Shown in pieces: positions 17,553 through 26,710 of a stretch of DNA of 64,000 nucleotides. Both the position numbers and the translations under genes were made by a program. The first letter of the stretch is position 1, and every line of letters begins with the position of its first letter. The DNA is from Nevskiales bacterium (GTDB taxonomy: Bacteria > Pseudomonadota > Gammaproteobacteria > Nevskiales > CAJXLF01): positions 120 to 64,119 of the forward strand of contig JBFJXR010000009.1 of assembly GCA_041622995.1 (NCBI GenBank), written 5' to 3'. The notes under the pieces are model-generated. The model saw only the letters and a program-made list of their open reading frames with translations. It ran no database searches and was not told where the DNA came from.

Positions 17553-18731
17553 TCAGGCAGCCTCTGTCATCTCGTCTTTACTGCTTTCGCTGGTTGTCTT
17601 GCCCAACTCAGTAAAACGCCTCAGGTGATAGCTGCGGTCACCAAACAGCGTGCCAAATGCCGTCAGGCGGCGGAAGTAGTGTCCAATATCCAGTTCCTCG
17701 GTCACCCCGATACCGCCATGTAACTGCACGGCTTGCTGGGCCACGAATTTGCTGGCCTTGTGCAGGTAGGCCTTGCATGCCGAAGCGGCCTGTTTCTGTT
17801 CTGCCCGGTTACCCTCACTGAAGCGCAGCATGGCCATCAGGATCATGGATTGGGATTGCTGCACTTCGATATACATATCGACCATGCGATGTTGCAGGAT
17901 CTGCATGCCAGCGAGGGGTACGCCGAATTGCTTGCGTGTCTTCAGGTATTCCACGGTTTTCTCGAGCATGGCCTGCATGGCGCCATAGGCTTCGGCGCAA
18001 CTGGCTACCGTGGCAAGATCAATGACGGATTCGAGGGCTTCGAAAGCCTGACCTTCAGAACCGAGCAGGGCATCCGCTGGTATCTGTACATTGCTCAGCG
18101 TGAGTTCACAGGCGACGCCTCCGCCCAGGATGGGGTAGCCCTTGATCGACAGACCATCCGTATTTTTGGGAACGATAAACAGGCTCAGGCCGTTCTGGTT
18201 CTCTGTTTCACCTGTACTGCGTGCCAGAACAATAAAGGCATCGGCATTCGGGCCATTTAGCACCATCGATTTTTGGCCATTGAGTGTATAACCATCGTCG
18301 TTCGCCACCGCTTTAGCCTCACAATATGCAGGATCATAGCGACCGCCGAGTTCGGCATGGGCCAGGCTGTATTGCTGGCTACCGTCAAACAGTCCGGGTA
18401 AAAAACTGTTTTTCTGTGACTCATTACCCAGTATGGTAATTAGTTGGCCGGCCAACACTACATTGGGCAGATAGGGTTCGATACAAAGTCCTCGGCCCAT
18501 TTCTTCCATCAGCAAGAGAAGTTCGACCGGGCCATAACCGTGACCGCCATCTGCCTCGGAAAACGGTAGCGCCTGCCATTGCAGTTCGCCAAGCTGTTGC
18601 CAAATGTCCGGGCTGTAACCTGCTTCTGAGGCGGCAATCTTTCGATAGCCTTCAAAGTCGTAGGCTTCGCTGACAAAACGACGGACGCTGTCACGCAACA
18701 TGGTCTGTTCTTCGGTAAAGGAAAAATCCAT
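17553..18731 (-). CDS. acyl-CoA dehydrogenase family protein
   Basis: ACAD architecture over the full length (MDFSFTEEQ...). The protein is 392 aa. Confidence 0.85.
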   Translation of the reverse strand: MDFSFTEEQTMLRDSVRRFVSEAYDFEGYRKIAASEAGYSPDIWQQLGELQWQALPFSEADGGHGYGPVELLLLMEEMGRGLCIEPYLPNVVLAGQLITILGNESQKNSFLPGLFDGSQQYSLAHAELGGRYDPAYCEAKAVANDDGYTLNGQKSMVLNGPNADAFIVLARSTGETENQNGLSLFIVPKNTDGLSIKGYPILGGGVACELTLSNVQIPADALLGSEGQAFEALESVIDLATVASCAEAYGAMQAMLEKTVEYLKTRKQFGVPLAGMQILQHRMVDMYIEVQQSQSMILMAMLRFSEGNRAEQKQAASACKAYLHKASKFVAQQAVQLHGGIGVTEELDIGHYFRRLTAFGTLFGDRSYHLRRFTELGKTTSESSKDEMTEAA

Positions 18732-18740
18732 GGCTGTCTC

Positions 18741-19883
18741 CTAAAGGCCGAGCGCGAATTTCGCGAGCACGTTTTTCTGGATTTCGTTGCTGCCACCGTA
18801 GATAGTGGAGGCACGGCCGATGTTGTAGTTACCAGTTGCGTTGGCGTAAGCAGGTTCGGCAATCGGATCTGATTGCCAGGGCAGGCTGGCGTAGCCACCC
18901 ATTTCCACTTCCAGTTCGGCCAGGGCCTGCTGGAGTTCGGTGCCCTTGATCTTCAGGCCGGAGCTTTCCGGGCCGGGTGGTTTGCCAGAGGCGGCGACTT
19001 CCAGTGCACGCAGGTTGGTGAATTCCAGTGCCATCAGGTCGACTTCCAGTTCGGCCAGTCGGGTCTGAATGGAAGCATCATCTTTCAGGGTTTTACTGGC
19101 TTCCGCCTGTGCCTTGAGTCGTGCTATCTGGCCCTTGCAGCCGGGTACACCTGCCACACCCGTGCGTTCATGGCCCAGCAGGAACTTGGCAATCGTCCAG
19201 CCTTTGCCTTCTTCGCCGACAAGATTGGTGACGGGTACGTGAACATCCTTGAAGAACACCTCGTTGAGGTGATGCTCGCCATCAATGCTGTGAATCGGAC
19301 GGACTTCAATGCCGGGGGATTTCATGTCGATCAACAGAAATGAAATGCCTTCCTGCGGACGGCCTTCGCTGCCTGTTCGAACCAGGCAGAAAATCCAGTC
19401 AGCCTTGTGCGCGGCGGTAGTCCAGATTTTCTGACCATTGACGATGTATTCGTCGCCGACACGCTCAGCTTTTGTCTTTAGTGATGCCAGGTCAGAACCG
19501 GCGCCGGGTTCAGAATAGCCCTGGCACCAGAGGCGGGTACCGTTGGCAATATGCGGTAGATGTTCGGCTTGCTGTTCGGGCGTGCCAAAAGCCATCAATA
19601 CAGGGCCGCACATGACGGCACCGAAAACACTGATCCCCGGGGCGCCGACGCGGGCACATTCTTCATCCCAGATATAACGTTGTGTCACTGACCAGCCCGG
19701 GCCGCCAAATTCCTTGGGCCAGCCCACTGCGAGCCAGTGCTTCTTGGCAAGGGTCTGTTCCCAGTTCATTAGTTGTTCGCGGGTAGCGCCCATCCAGTCA
19801 GACCAGTCAGGGGTGTTTTCTGCCAGCCATGTGCGTACTTCCTGCTGGAAGGCTTTTTCTTCAGCGCTGAATTCTAGTTGCAT
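18741..19883 (-). CDS. acyl-CoA dehydrogenase family protein
   Basis: MQLEFSAEEKAFQQEVRTWL..., QGYSEPGAGSD, and the C-terminal IYGGSNEIQKN. Start moved to ATG 19883; the track start is 19943. Confidence 0.85.
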   Translation of the reverse strand: MQLEFSAEEKAFQQEVRTWLAENTPDWSDWMGATREQLMNWEQTLAKKHWLAVGWPKEFGGPGWSVTQRYIWDEECARVGAPGISVFGAVMCGPVLMAFGTPEQQAEHLPHIANGTRLWCQGYSEPGAGSDLASLKTKAERVGDEYIVNGQKIWTTAAHKADWIFCLVRTGSEGRPQEGISFLLIDMKSPGIEVRPIHSIDGEHHLNEVFFKDVHVPVTNLVGEEGKGWTIAKFLLGHERTGVAGVPGCKGQIARLKAQAEASKTLKDDASIQTRLAELEVDLMALEFTNLRALEVAASGKPPGPESSGLKIKGTELQQALAELEVEMGGYASLPWQSDPIAEPAYANATGNYNIGRASTIYGGSNEIQKNVLAKFALGL

Positions 19884-20101
19884 AACCGTCTGCCAATTAT
19901 TTCGGAGATCGGAGAGTGTTATGCGGCTGGAGAAGAGAGTCAATCCCGCAGGAAAGCAGGATTTCCATACGCTGGCGTATATTGTTTTTGCTCGACAGCA
20001 AGGCCCTTGTTATCTCGACCATGCGAAGTGCATGGAGATATCTAATACTTGGAGGTTTTTCGACTGCTCCCTGCGGGCTCCGCCCGAAATGACAGTTGGA
20101 G

Positions 20102-20980
20102 TTACTGGGGCTCCCGACTATATATCCCGATAATTGGCGTGCCATGAGCGCGAAGGATAGGTTCGATTTCCCGGTGCAGATCGTGGTAACGATAGAACGG
20201 TACACGTGGAAACAGATGGTGAATCGAATGGAGGTTTTGTCCAAGCCAGAACCATTCGAAAGGTTTCATCCATTTCGGCATGAGCAGGCTATTGGTATTG
20301 CGATAGCGGGCCGGTTCTTCATAGGGAAGGTGCGGACGGTAGGCGAACCAGTAGGCAGTGAAAATGCCGCCGATCAGGTATCCACCAATGACCACAGTCA
20401 GCCCGGCGTCCCAGGGTAATAATGTCAGTGCAAGAACTCGCCAGCCAATGGAAACACTAATTTCGGAATAGTAAATCGCCTTTTCCTTGTTTGATGCTTT
20501 GGCCCAATAGTCCTTGAACAGAAAAGTATTCTGTACCCAAAGGAATTTGAAGATGGTGAGCAGGAAGCCTTTCAGGCCGTTGCCCATTTCCTTAACGACA
20601 AAGTCAGGATCCTTGTCGGGCTGGTTGGTATAGCGATGATGAGTAAAGTGTTCAACTGTATGGGTGGAGTAGGGTACCAGCATGATCGGGGCGCAAAGAT
20701 AGCCGCAGAGGTCATTGAGCCATTTCAGGTTCTCGCTTTTGCCGTGGATATTGCCATGTGCAGCCTCATGTATAGGCGTGTATGACATATAGGTTGTGGC
20801 ACCAAATATCAGCGCCAGTGCCCATAGCGGAAGTATTTCATTGAAGGTCATCCATAGCGTTGCAGAAAACATGACCAAAACGAATGCCACCAGTGCCACA
20901 GTCAGCCAGGCAACCTTGCCCATACGCTGTTGTGCGGCGGAGATGGCCTGTTTGTTCAGTGTGGCGAGATCATGTTCCAT
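20102..20980 (-). CDS. membrane fatty-acid desaturase family protein
   Basis: Three His boxes (HEAAHG, HFTHHRY, HSIHHLFP) and multiple TM segments. Confidence 0.8.
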   Translation of the reverse strand: MEHDLATLNKQAISAAQQRMGKVAWLTVALVAFVLVMFSATLWMTFNEILPLWALALIFGATTYMSYTPIHEAAHGNIHGKSENLKWLNDLCGYLCAPIMLVPYSTHTVEHFTHHRYTNQPDKDPDFVVKEMGNGLKGFLLTIFKFLWVQNTFLFKDYWAKASNKEKAIYYSEISVSIGWRVLALTLLPWDAGLTVVIGGYLIGGIFTAYWFAYRPHLPYEEPARYRNTNSLLMPKWMKPFEWFWLGQNLHSIHHLFPRVPFYRYHDLHREIEPILRAHGTPIIGIYSREPQ

Positions 20981-21172
20981 TTTTTGCTCCTCGAAAACCT
21001 GCTAGTACCCTTTCGTAGATCAGCTTATGGCAATAAGCATTATTTGAAGAGGGCATTTATGGCCTTAATCAGTGCATTTTTGGCCATTATCCGGTTTCTG
21101 GTTTCGCTGCAGGCGGGTTCCGAGTGATACTGCTCGTGTTATCCAACGAAATATACTCCCAAGGGGGAGACT

Positions 21173-22186
21173 ATGTCAGCCGAACCGGTTCTGCACAATC
21201 TGGCGATTAGCCAGGTGATGGTGAACTTTGCCGCCCAGCGTGGGGTGGATGCGGAGACCTGTCTGCTGGGAACAGATATCAGCGAAGCGTTATTACAGGA
21301 CTCAGAGGCACTCATTCCACGAGAGCAGGAAATGCGTCTGGTCGAGAACCTGATGCTCGCCTTGCCGGATGTGCCTGCCCTTGGTTTTGAGTTGGGCATG
21401 CAATACAACATTTCAACTTTCGGCATCTGGGGTTTTGCACTGCGTACCAGTCGCAATCTCCAGGAGGCAGCCGAGCGAGCCTTGCGTTACCTTCCCTTGA
21501 GTACTGCGTACTGCAAATTCACCCTGATTCAGACTGGCGACGAATACGGGGTGAGTGCTGACCCCGGCGATATACCCCCTCATCTACGACAGTTTTTACT
21601 GGAACGGGATATGGCAACCGGTATCAATTTGTTCAGGGAATTAACTCTGGTTGGCCTGACACTTAAACGTCTGGAGTTTGCGGGTCCTGTTCTGCCCTAT
21701 GCTGACCGTATCCATGAACTGGCCGGAGTTGAGCCGGTATTCAATCAGACGCGTAATGCAGTCGTGGTTAATCTTGACGCTGCCACTACACCTTTGCCGA
21801 TGTACGACGAGCACCTTGTTCGCATGATGGAAGATCAGTGCCGGCAGTTACTGCAAAGACGACAAGTCATGGGCATCGCAGGGCAGGTCAGGCAAAAGCT
21901 ACTTGGTTCTTTGGGTCTGGTCGCCACGCTAGAAGAAGTGGCAAAAGAGTTGAATATGGCCCCTCGCAGCTTACGTAGAAAGCTGGAAGAGGAGGGGGCT
22001 AGTTTTCGCAGTCTCGTGGAGGAAACCCGTCAGCATCTGGCCACACAGTTGCTTGAGTCTACGAATATGAAACTGGATGAGTTGGCCCTGCAGCTTGGCT
22101 ATGCTGATACCGCCAGTTTTACGCGAGCCTTTCGCCGTTGGTTCAAGCTGTCACCCGGTGAATATAGAAAGGCAAATCATGAGTAG
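21173..22186 (+). CDS. AraC-family transcriptional regulator
   Basis: C-terminal AraC HTH (LGYADTASFTRAFRRWFKLSPGEYR). Confidence 0.9.
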   Translation: MSAEPVLHNLAISQVMVNFAAQRGVDAETCLLGTDISEALLQDSEALIPREQEMRLVENLMLALPDVPALGFELGMQYNISTFGIWGFALRTSRNLQEAAERALRYLPLSTAYCKFTLIQTGDEYGVSADPGDIPPHLRQFLLERDMATGINLFRELTLVGLTLKRLEFAGPVLPYADRIHELAGVEPVFNQTRNAVVVNLDAATTPLPMYDEHLVRMMEDQCRQLLQRRQVMGIAGQVRQKLLGSLGLVATLEEVAKELNMAPRSLRRKLEEEGASFRSLVEETRQHLATQLLESTNMKLDELALQLGYADTASFTRAFRRWFKLSPGEYRKANHE

Positions 22187-22198
22187 CTGTCAGCAGTC

Positions 22199-22304
22199 AG
22201 GCCCTCTGAATCATCTTCCCACGACTCGCCGTAAACCCATCCATGGGGGCTCGTCGGCGGCGTCCATGCCTTCAACGGTTGTGAGAAGATGATTCAGAGG
22301 ACCT
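22199..22304. repeat. ~106-nt palindromic MITE/REP-like element, copy 2 (inverted relative to copy 1)
   Basis: Terminal inverted repeats AGGCCCTCTGAATCATCTTCCCACGAC ... GTTGTGAGAAGATGATTCAGAGGACCT. The reverse-complemented core GGACGCCGCCGACGAG..CCATGGATG aligns with copy 1. Confidence 0.7.
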
Positions 22305-22425
22305 CTCGGTCGGATAGATTGGACTAATTACAACTCAGTGATTTGTTGGGATAAGAGTCTTATGCTTTCAGAAGCACCTGCATAGCCATGCATGTATTTA
22401 TACGCGTCTGGAAGGGTTGGCGTAT

Positions 22426-23052
22426 CTACTGGCCGGGTAGTGGTTTCGCTATTGCCCGCCAGACCATCTCAAACAGTACGTCAGCCTGTTCGGAGATGGG
22501 GTGTTCCTTCCGTCGGACAATATGCATCTGAATTAGCCGCATCTGAATGCCATAGACGTAATCCAGCAGAATGGTCGGTTCAACTTCGTCAGTGAGGATG
22601 CCCTGTTCGATACCCTCGTTAAGCACGTTGAGAAATGTTTGTGTGAGTTCTTTTTGCTGGAAGCTCTCGTCCTTGCGCCAGGTGCGGCCATAGACCGAGC
22701 CATAAATCATTTCGGCGACCTTGGGATGCTGGTCAAAGAAATCCAGAACTACCCAGAACACTTTCCGTAGTCGATCCTTGAAGGTCTCGATACCTTTAAG
22801 GTGATCCACCATCCGGGTGGCGAGCTTGCTGAGCCAGTAATTCAGGCAGGCACGCTGAATCGCTTCCTTGCTGCCATAGTACTTATAGATGGTCTGCAGA
22901 GAGGCATTGGCCTCTCTGGCGATCTCGTCCAGACCCACGCGATGGAACTCGCGCTTGCAAAACAGCTCCAGTGCGGCAGCTTCGATTCGCTGGCGCACGG
23001 CAGGGGAAAGCTGTTCGAGATCGTGGGTGGGGGTTCTATCCCTTGATTTCAT
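22426..23052 (-). CDS. TetR-family transcriptional regulator
   Basis: N-terminal HTH (VGLDEIAREANASLQTIYKYYGSKEAI). It is divergent from the thiolase/fadB operon. Confidence 0.9.
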   Translation of the reverse strand: MKSRDRTPTHDLEQLSPAVRQRIEAAALELFCKREFHRVGLDEIAREANASLQTIYKYYGSKEAIQRACLNYWLSKLATRMVDHLKGIETFKDRLRKVFWVVLDFFDQHPKVAEMIYGSVYGRTWRKDESFQQKELTQTFLNVLNEGIEQGILTDEVEPTILLDYVYGIQMRLIQMHIVRRKEHPISEQADVLFEMVWRAIAKPLPGQ

Positions 23053-23072
23053 GGGGTTTTCTTCACTTATGA

Positions 23073-23092
23073 TGTGTAATATATATTACACA
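23073..23092. promoter_or_regulatory. perfect 20-bp palindrome, candidate TetR operator
   Basis: TGTGTAATATATATTACACA lies 21 nt upstream of the TetR start. A possible TTGACA (23126) ... TATAAT (23151) promoter faces the thiolase, but the 19-nt spacer is long. Confidence 0.55.
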
Positions 23093-23246
23093 AAATGTAT
23101 AGGTAAGCCATATTTCTATCACGGCTTGACAGTAGATGGCAATAAAACCCTATAATCTATCTTTGTAATTTACGAAATGCCCGTATTCTCAGGCAAGTGT
23201 ACAAAAATTTACATATAAATCATTTTCGAGACTTTTTGGAGTATTT

Positions 23247-24452
23247 ATGAGCGAAGCAATTATCTACGATGCGGTGCGTACACCGCGGGGTAAGGGCAAG
23301 AAAGACGGCGCTTTGCATGGTGTGACACCGGTCCACCTTCTGAAGAACCTGTTTGATGCTGTGCAGGAACGCAATGATCTTGATACCAGTCGTGTTGACG
23401 ATGTGGTGCTGGGTTGCGTGACACCGGTAGGCGAGCAGGGTGCCGATATCGCCCGTACTGCAGTGCTTTATGCCGGCTGGGATGAATCGGTAACAGGTGT
23501 AAGCCAGAACCGCTTCTGTGCATCGGGTCTCGAATCCGTAAACCTCGCAGCCATGAAAGTCATGTCTGGCATGGAAGACCTTGTTGTCGGTGGTGGTATT
23601 GAATCCATGAGCCGCTGGCCAATGGGTTCTGACGGCGGTGCGATGGTGATGGATCCCCGGGTGAATGCGGCGATGGATTTCGTGCCGCAGGGTATCGGCG
23701 CTGACCTGATTGCCAGCATTGAAGGCTTTTCACGAGAGGACGTGGACAGTTTTGCAGTGAAATCCCAGCAAAAAGCAGCTGCCGCACAGGCAGAGAACCG
23801 TTTTGCGAATTGTATCGTACCGGTCAAGGACGTAAATGGCCTGACCGTGCTGGACCATGATGAGACTGTACGTGGTGATACCACAACTGAAAGTCTGGGT
23901 AACCTGAAGCCTTCATTTCAGATGATGGGCGAGATGGGTTTCAATGCCACAGCACTACGTAAATACCCTGAAGTTGAAAGTATTACCCATGTGCATCATG
24001 CCGGTAACTCTTCGGGTATCGTGGATGGTTCTGCACTGGTACTGATTGGTAACGAACAGATCGGTAAGGATCTGGGCCTGAAACCACGTGCGCGTATACG
24101 TGCACTGGCCACGCAGGGTTCCGAACCTACCATCATGCTGACGGGCATTGCGCCGGCGACGCGTAAAGCTCTGGGCAAGGCGGGTATGTCAGTTAACGAC
24201 ATCGATTTGTGGGAAATCAACGAGGCTTTTGCAGCAGTGGTATTACGTGCAGCCCGGGATCTTGATGTTGATCTGGACAAAGTGAATGTAAATGGCGGTG
24301 CGATAGCCATGGGCCATCCGCTGGGTGCCACTGGTTCCATTCTTGTTGGCACGGTGATCGATGAACTGGAGCGCCGTGATTTGAATACAGCCTGCGTCAC
24401 CTTGTGTGTGGGCGGTGGCATGGGTATCGCTACCATTATTGAGAGGGTTTAA
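23247..24452 (+). CDS. acetyl-CoA C-acyltransferase (3-ketoacyl-CoA thiolase)
   Basis: Thiolase motifs: RFCASGLES around the active-site Cys, [21 protein letters not shown] and LCVGGGMG. Confidence 0.93.
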   Translation: MSEAIIYDAVRTPRGKGKKDGALHGVTPVHLLKNLFDAVQERNDLDTSRVDDVVLGCVTPVGEQGADIARTAVLYAGWDESVTGVSQNRFCASGLESVNLAAMKVMSGMEDLVVGGGIESMSRWPMGSDGGAMVMDPRVNAAMDFVPQGIGADLIASIEGFSREDVDSFAVKSQQKAAAAQAENRFANCIVPVKDVNGLTVLDHDETVRGDTTTESLGNLKPSFQMMGEMGFNATALRKYPEVESITHVHHAGNSSGIVDGSALVLIGNEQIGKDLGLKPRARIRALATQGSEPTIMLTGIAPATRKALGKAGMSVNDIDLWEINEAFAAVVLRAARDLDVDLDKVNVNGGAIAMGHPLGATGSILVGTVIDELERRDLNTACVTLCVGGGMGIATIIERV

Positions 24453-24455
24453 ACA

Positions 24456-26615
24456 ATGGCTGCTACAGAGAAGGAAGTTGTGGAAAATATGAGTGCAGTG
24501 ACCCAGGATCTGGATCCCGATGGCATTTTGACGCTGACCATGGACATGCCCGGGCGCAGCATGAATGTGCTGAATAGACAGCTGACGGAGCCATTTGATG
24601 CCGCTATGCAGCGTATTCAAACTGATGAAGCGGTGAAAGGCGTGATTGTGACATCCGGTAAGAGCAGTTTTCTGGCCGGTGCTGATATTGATGGTATCTT
24701 CAAAATCACGGATCCGCAGGAAGCTTATGACGCTTCACGTGAATTCCAGAAATTTACCCGTGGTCTGGAAACCTGTGGCAAGCCAGTGGTTGCTGCGCTG
24801 AACGGTACGGCATTGGGTGGTGGCCTTGAACTGGCGCTGGCCTGTCATTATCGCGTTGCGCTGAATAACCCCAAGGCCAAGTTTGGTTTGCCTGAAGTGA
24901 AGCTGGGTCTATTGCCAGGTGGTGGTGGTACTCAGCGTTTGCCACGTTTGATCGGTATTCAGAATTCACTGCCTCTTATGCTTGAAGGTAAGGAGCTGCG
25001 TGTTGAACAGGCCAAGGGCGCAGGCATTATCAATGCCGTGGCAGACAGTGCCGAAGACATGATGAAACAGGCCAGGGAATGGTGCCTTGCCAATCCGAAA
25101 GCAACTCAGCCATGGGATGCCAAAGGCTTTAAATATCCCGGAGGCGATGCCAAGCATCCAGGCGTTGTGCAGATGCTGGCCATTGCACCTTCCATGCTGC
25201 GTGATAAAACCAAGGGTAATTACCCCGCACCGGAAAATATTCTGGCCTGTGCTGTTGAAGGGTCACTGGTTGATTTTGATACCGCATTAGACGTTGAAGC
25301 TCGTTACTTTGCCGATCTGGTCGTAAGTCAGGTGTCGAAGAACATGATCAACACCTTCTGGTATCAGATGAATGCCCTGAACAAGGGTGAGTCCCGTCCG
25401 GATGGTTTCGAACGCAGTCAAGTGAAGAAGCTGGGGATTCTCGGTGCCGGCATGATGGGTGCGGGCATTGCCTACGTTTCTGCCAAAGTGGGTATCGAGG
25501 TGGTGTTGAAAGACGTCACCCAGGAATCGGCTGACAAGGGCAAGGCTTATTCAGAAGCTCTATTGGATAAGGCACTGAAGCGTGGCCGCACCACCAACAG
25601 CAAAAAGGAAGAGCTGCTGAACCTGATCACGGCCACCGACAAGGTCGAAGACCTGAATGGCTGCGACCTGATCATCGAAGCTGTTTTCGAAGATCGTGAC
25701 CTGAAGGCGACGGTGACGAAGGAAACAGAAGCGGTGATGGATCCAACAGGCGTATTTGCGTCCAATACTTCGACTTTACCGATTACCGGTCTGGCTGAAG
25801 CCAGTGTTCGCAAGGACAAGTTCATTGGTCTGCATTTCTTCTCACCGGTCGACAAGATGCCGCTGGTGGAAATCATTGTCGGCGAAGAAACATCAGATGA
25901 AACACTGGCACGTGGTTTCGACTACGTTCAGCAGATTCGCAAGACGCCCATTGTGGTTAACGACTCACGTGGCTTCTACACCTCCCGTGTATTCGGTACT
26001 TATGTGGGTGAGGGCGTCGCCCTGCTGGCCGAAGGTCAGAACCCACGTGCGATTGAAGTGGCGGGCCTGCAGGCCGGTATGCCTGTCGGGCCTCTGGCAC
26101 TTCAGGATGAAGTCTCGCTGTCACTGGCACTGCATGTCATGACCCAGACTCGCAAGGATATGGGTGCTGATTACCCGGAACCGCCGAGTGAAGCGCCCAT
26201 GCGCAAGATGGTTGAAGAGCTGGGTCGTGAGGGCAAGAAATCCGGCAAAGGTTTCTATGATTATCCCGAAGGTGGCAAGAAGAAACTTTGGCCGGGTCTG
26301 GCCGAGCATTTCCCGCCCGCAGCTGAGAAGCTGTCCCAGCAGGAAATGATCGATCGCATGATCTTCGCCCAGGTAAATGAAACCGCGCGTTGCGTTGAAG
26401 AAGGCGTGGTCAGAAAGACCGGCGATGGCAATATCGGCAGTATTTTTGGCTGGGGCTTCGCACCGCATCAGGGTGGCACGCTGCAGTTCGTCAATGCCTA
26501 TGGTGTTGAGAAGTTTGTGGCGCGCTCACGTGAACTGGCTGCCAAATATGGCAAGCGGTTTGAGCCTGCTGCGATTCTGGTCAAAATGGCTGAGACTGGC
26601 GAAAGTTTCGCTTAG
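24456..26615 (+). CDS. multifunctional enoyl-CoA hydratase / 3-hydroxyacyl-CoA dehydrogenase (FadB/FadJ-like)
   Basis: N-terminal crotonase fold (FLAGADI, ALGGGLELALAC). Central Rossmann GILGAGMMGAGIA. The protein is 719 aa and starts 3 nt after the thiolase stop. Confidence 0.92.
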   Translation: MAATEKEVVENMSAVTQDLDPDGILTLTMDMPGRSMNVLNRQLTEPFDAAMQRIQTDEAVKGVIVTSGKSSFLAGADIDGIFKITDPQEAYDASREFQKFTRGLETCGKPVVAALNGTALGGGLELALACHYRVALNNPKAKFGLPEVKLGLLPGGGGTQRLPRLIGIQNSLPLMLEGKELRVEQAKGAGIINAVADSAEDMMKQAREWCLANPKATQPWDAKGFKYPGGDAKHPGVVQMLAIAPSMLRDKTKGNYPAPENILACAVEGSLVDFDTALDVEARYFADLVVSQVSKNMINTFWYQMNALNKGESRPDGFERSQVKKLGILGAGMMGAGIAYVSAKVGIEVVLKDVTQESADKGKAYSEALLDKALKRGRTTNSKKEELLNLITATDKVEDLNGCDLIIEAVFEDRDLKATVTKETEAVMDPTGVFASNTSTLPITGLAEASVRKDKFIGLHFFSPVDKMPLVEIIVGEETSDETLARGFDYVQQIRKTPIVVNDSRGFYTSRVFGTYVGEGVALLAEGQNPRAIEVAGLQAGMPVGPLALQDEVSLSLALHVMTQTRKDMGADYPEPPSEAPMRKMVEELGREGKKSGKGFYDYPEGGKKKLWPGLAEHFPPAAEKLSQQEMIDRMIFAQVNETARCVEEGVVRKTGDGNIGSIFGWGFAPHQGGTLQFVNAYGVEKFVARSRELAAKYGKRFEPAAILVKMAETGESFA

Positions 26616-26638
26616 CTTCAACCAGCCTATGTAAATGA

Positions 26639-26677
26639 AGACCGTGTACTGCTATCCGGAAGTGCACGGTCTTTTTT
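26639..26677 (+). terminator. rho-independent terminator
   Basis: Stem gaccgtgtac ... gtgcacggtc followed by T6. Confidence 0.75.
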
Positions 26678-26710
26678 GTTTCCAGCCGTTGAATCGGTGA
26701 GGACAGATAA

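Noticed and set aside
23126-23156. TTGACA ... TATAAT sigma70 promoter for the thiolase operon.
   Set aside because: Both hexamers are perfect but the spacer is 19 nt, longer than the usual 16-18. It is mentioned in the operator feature but not called as a feature.
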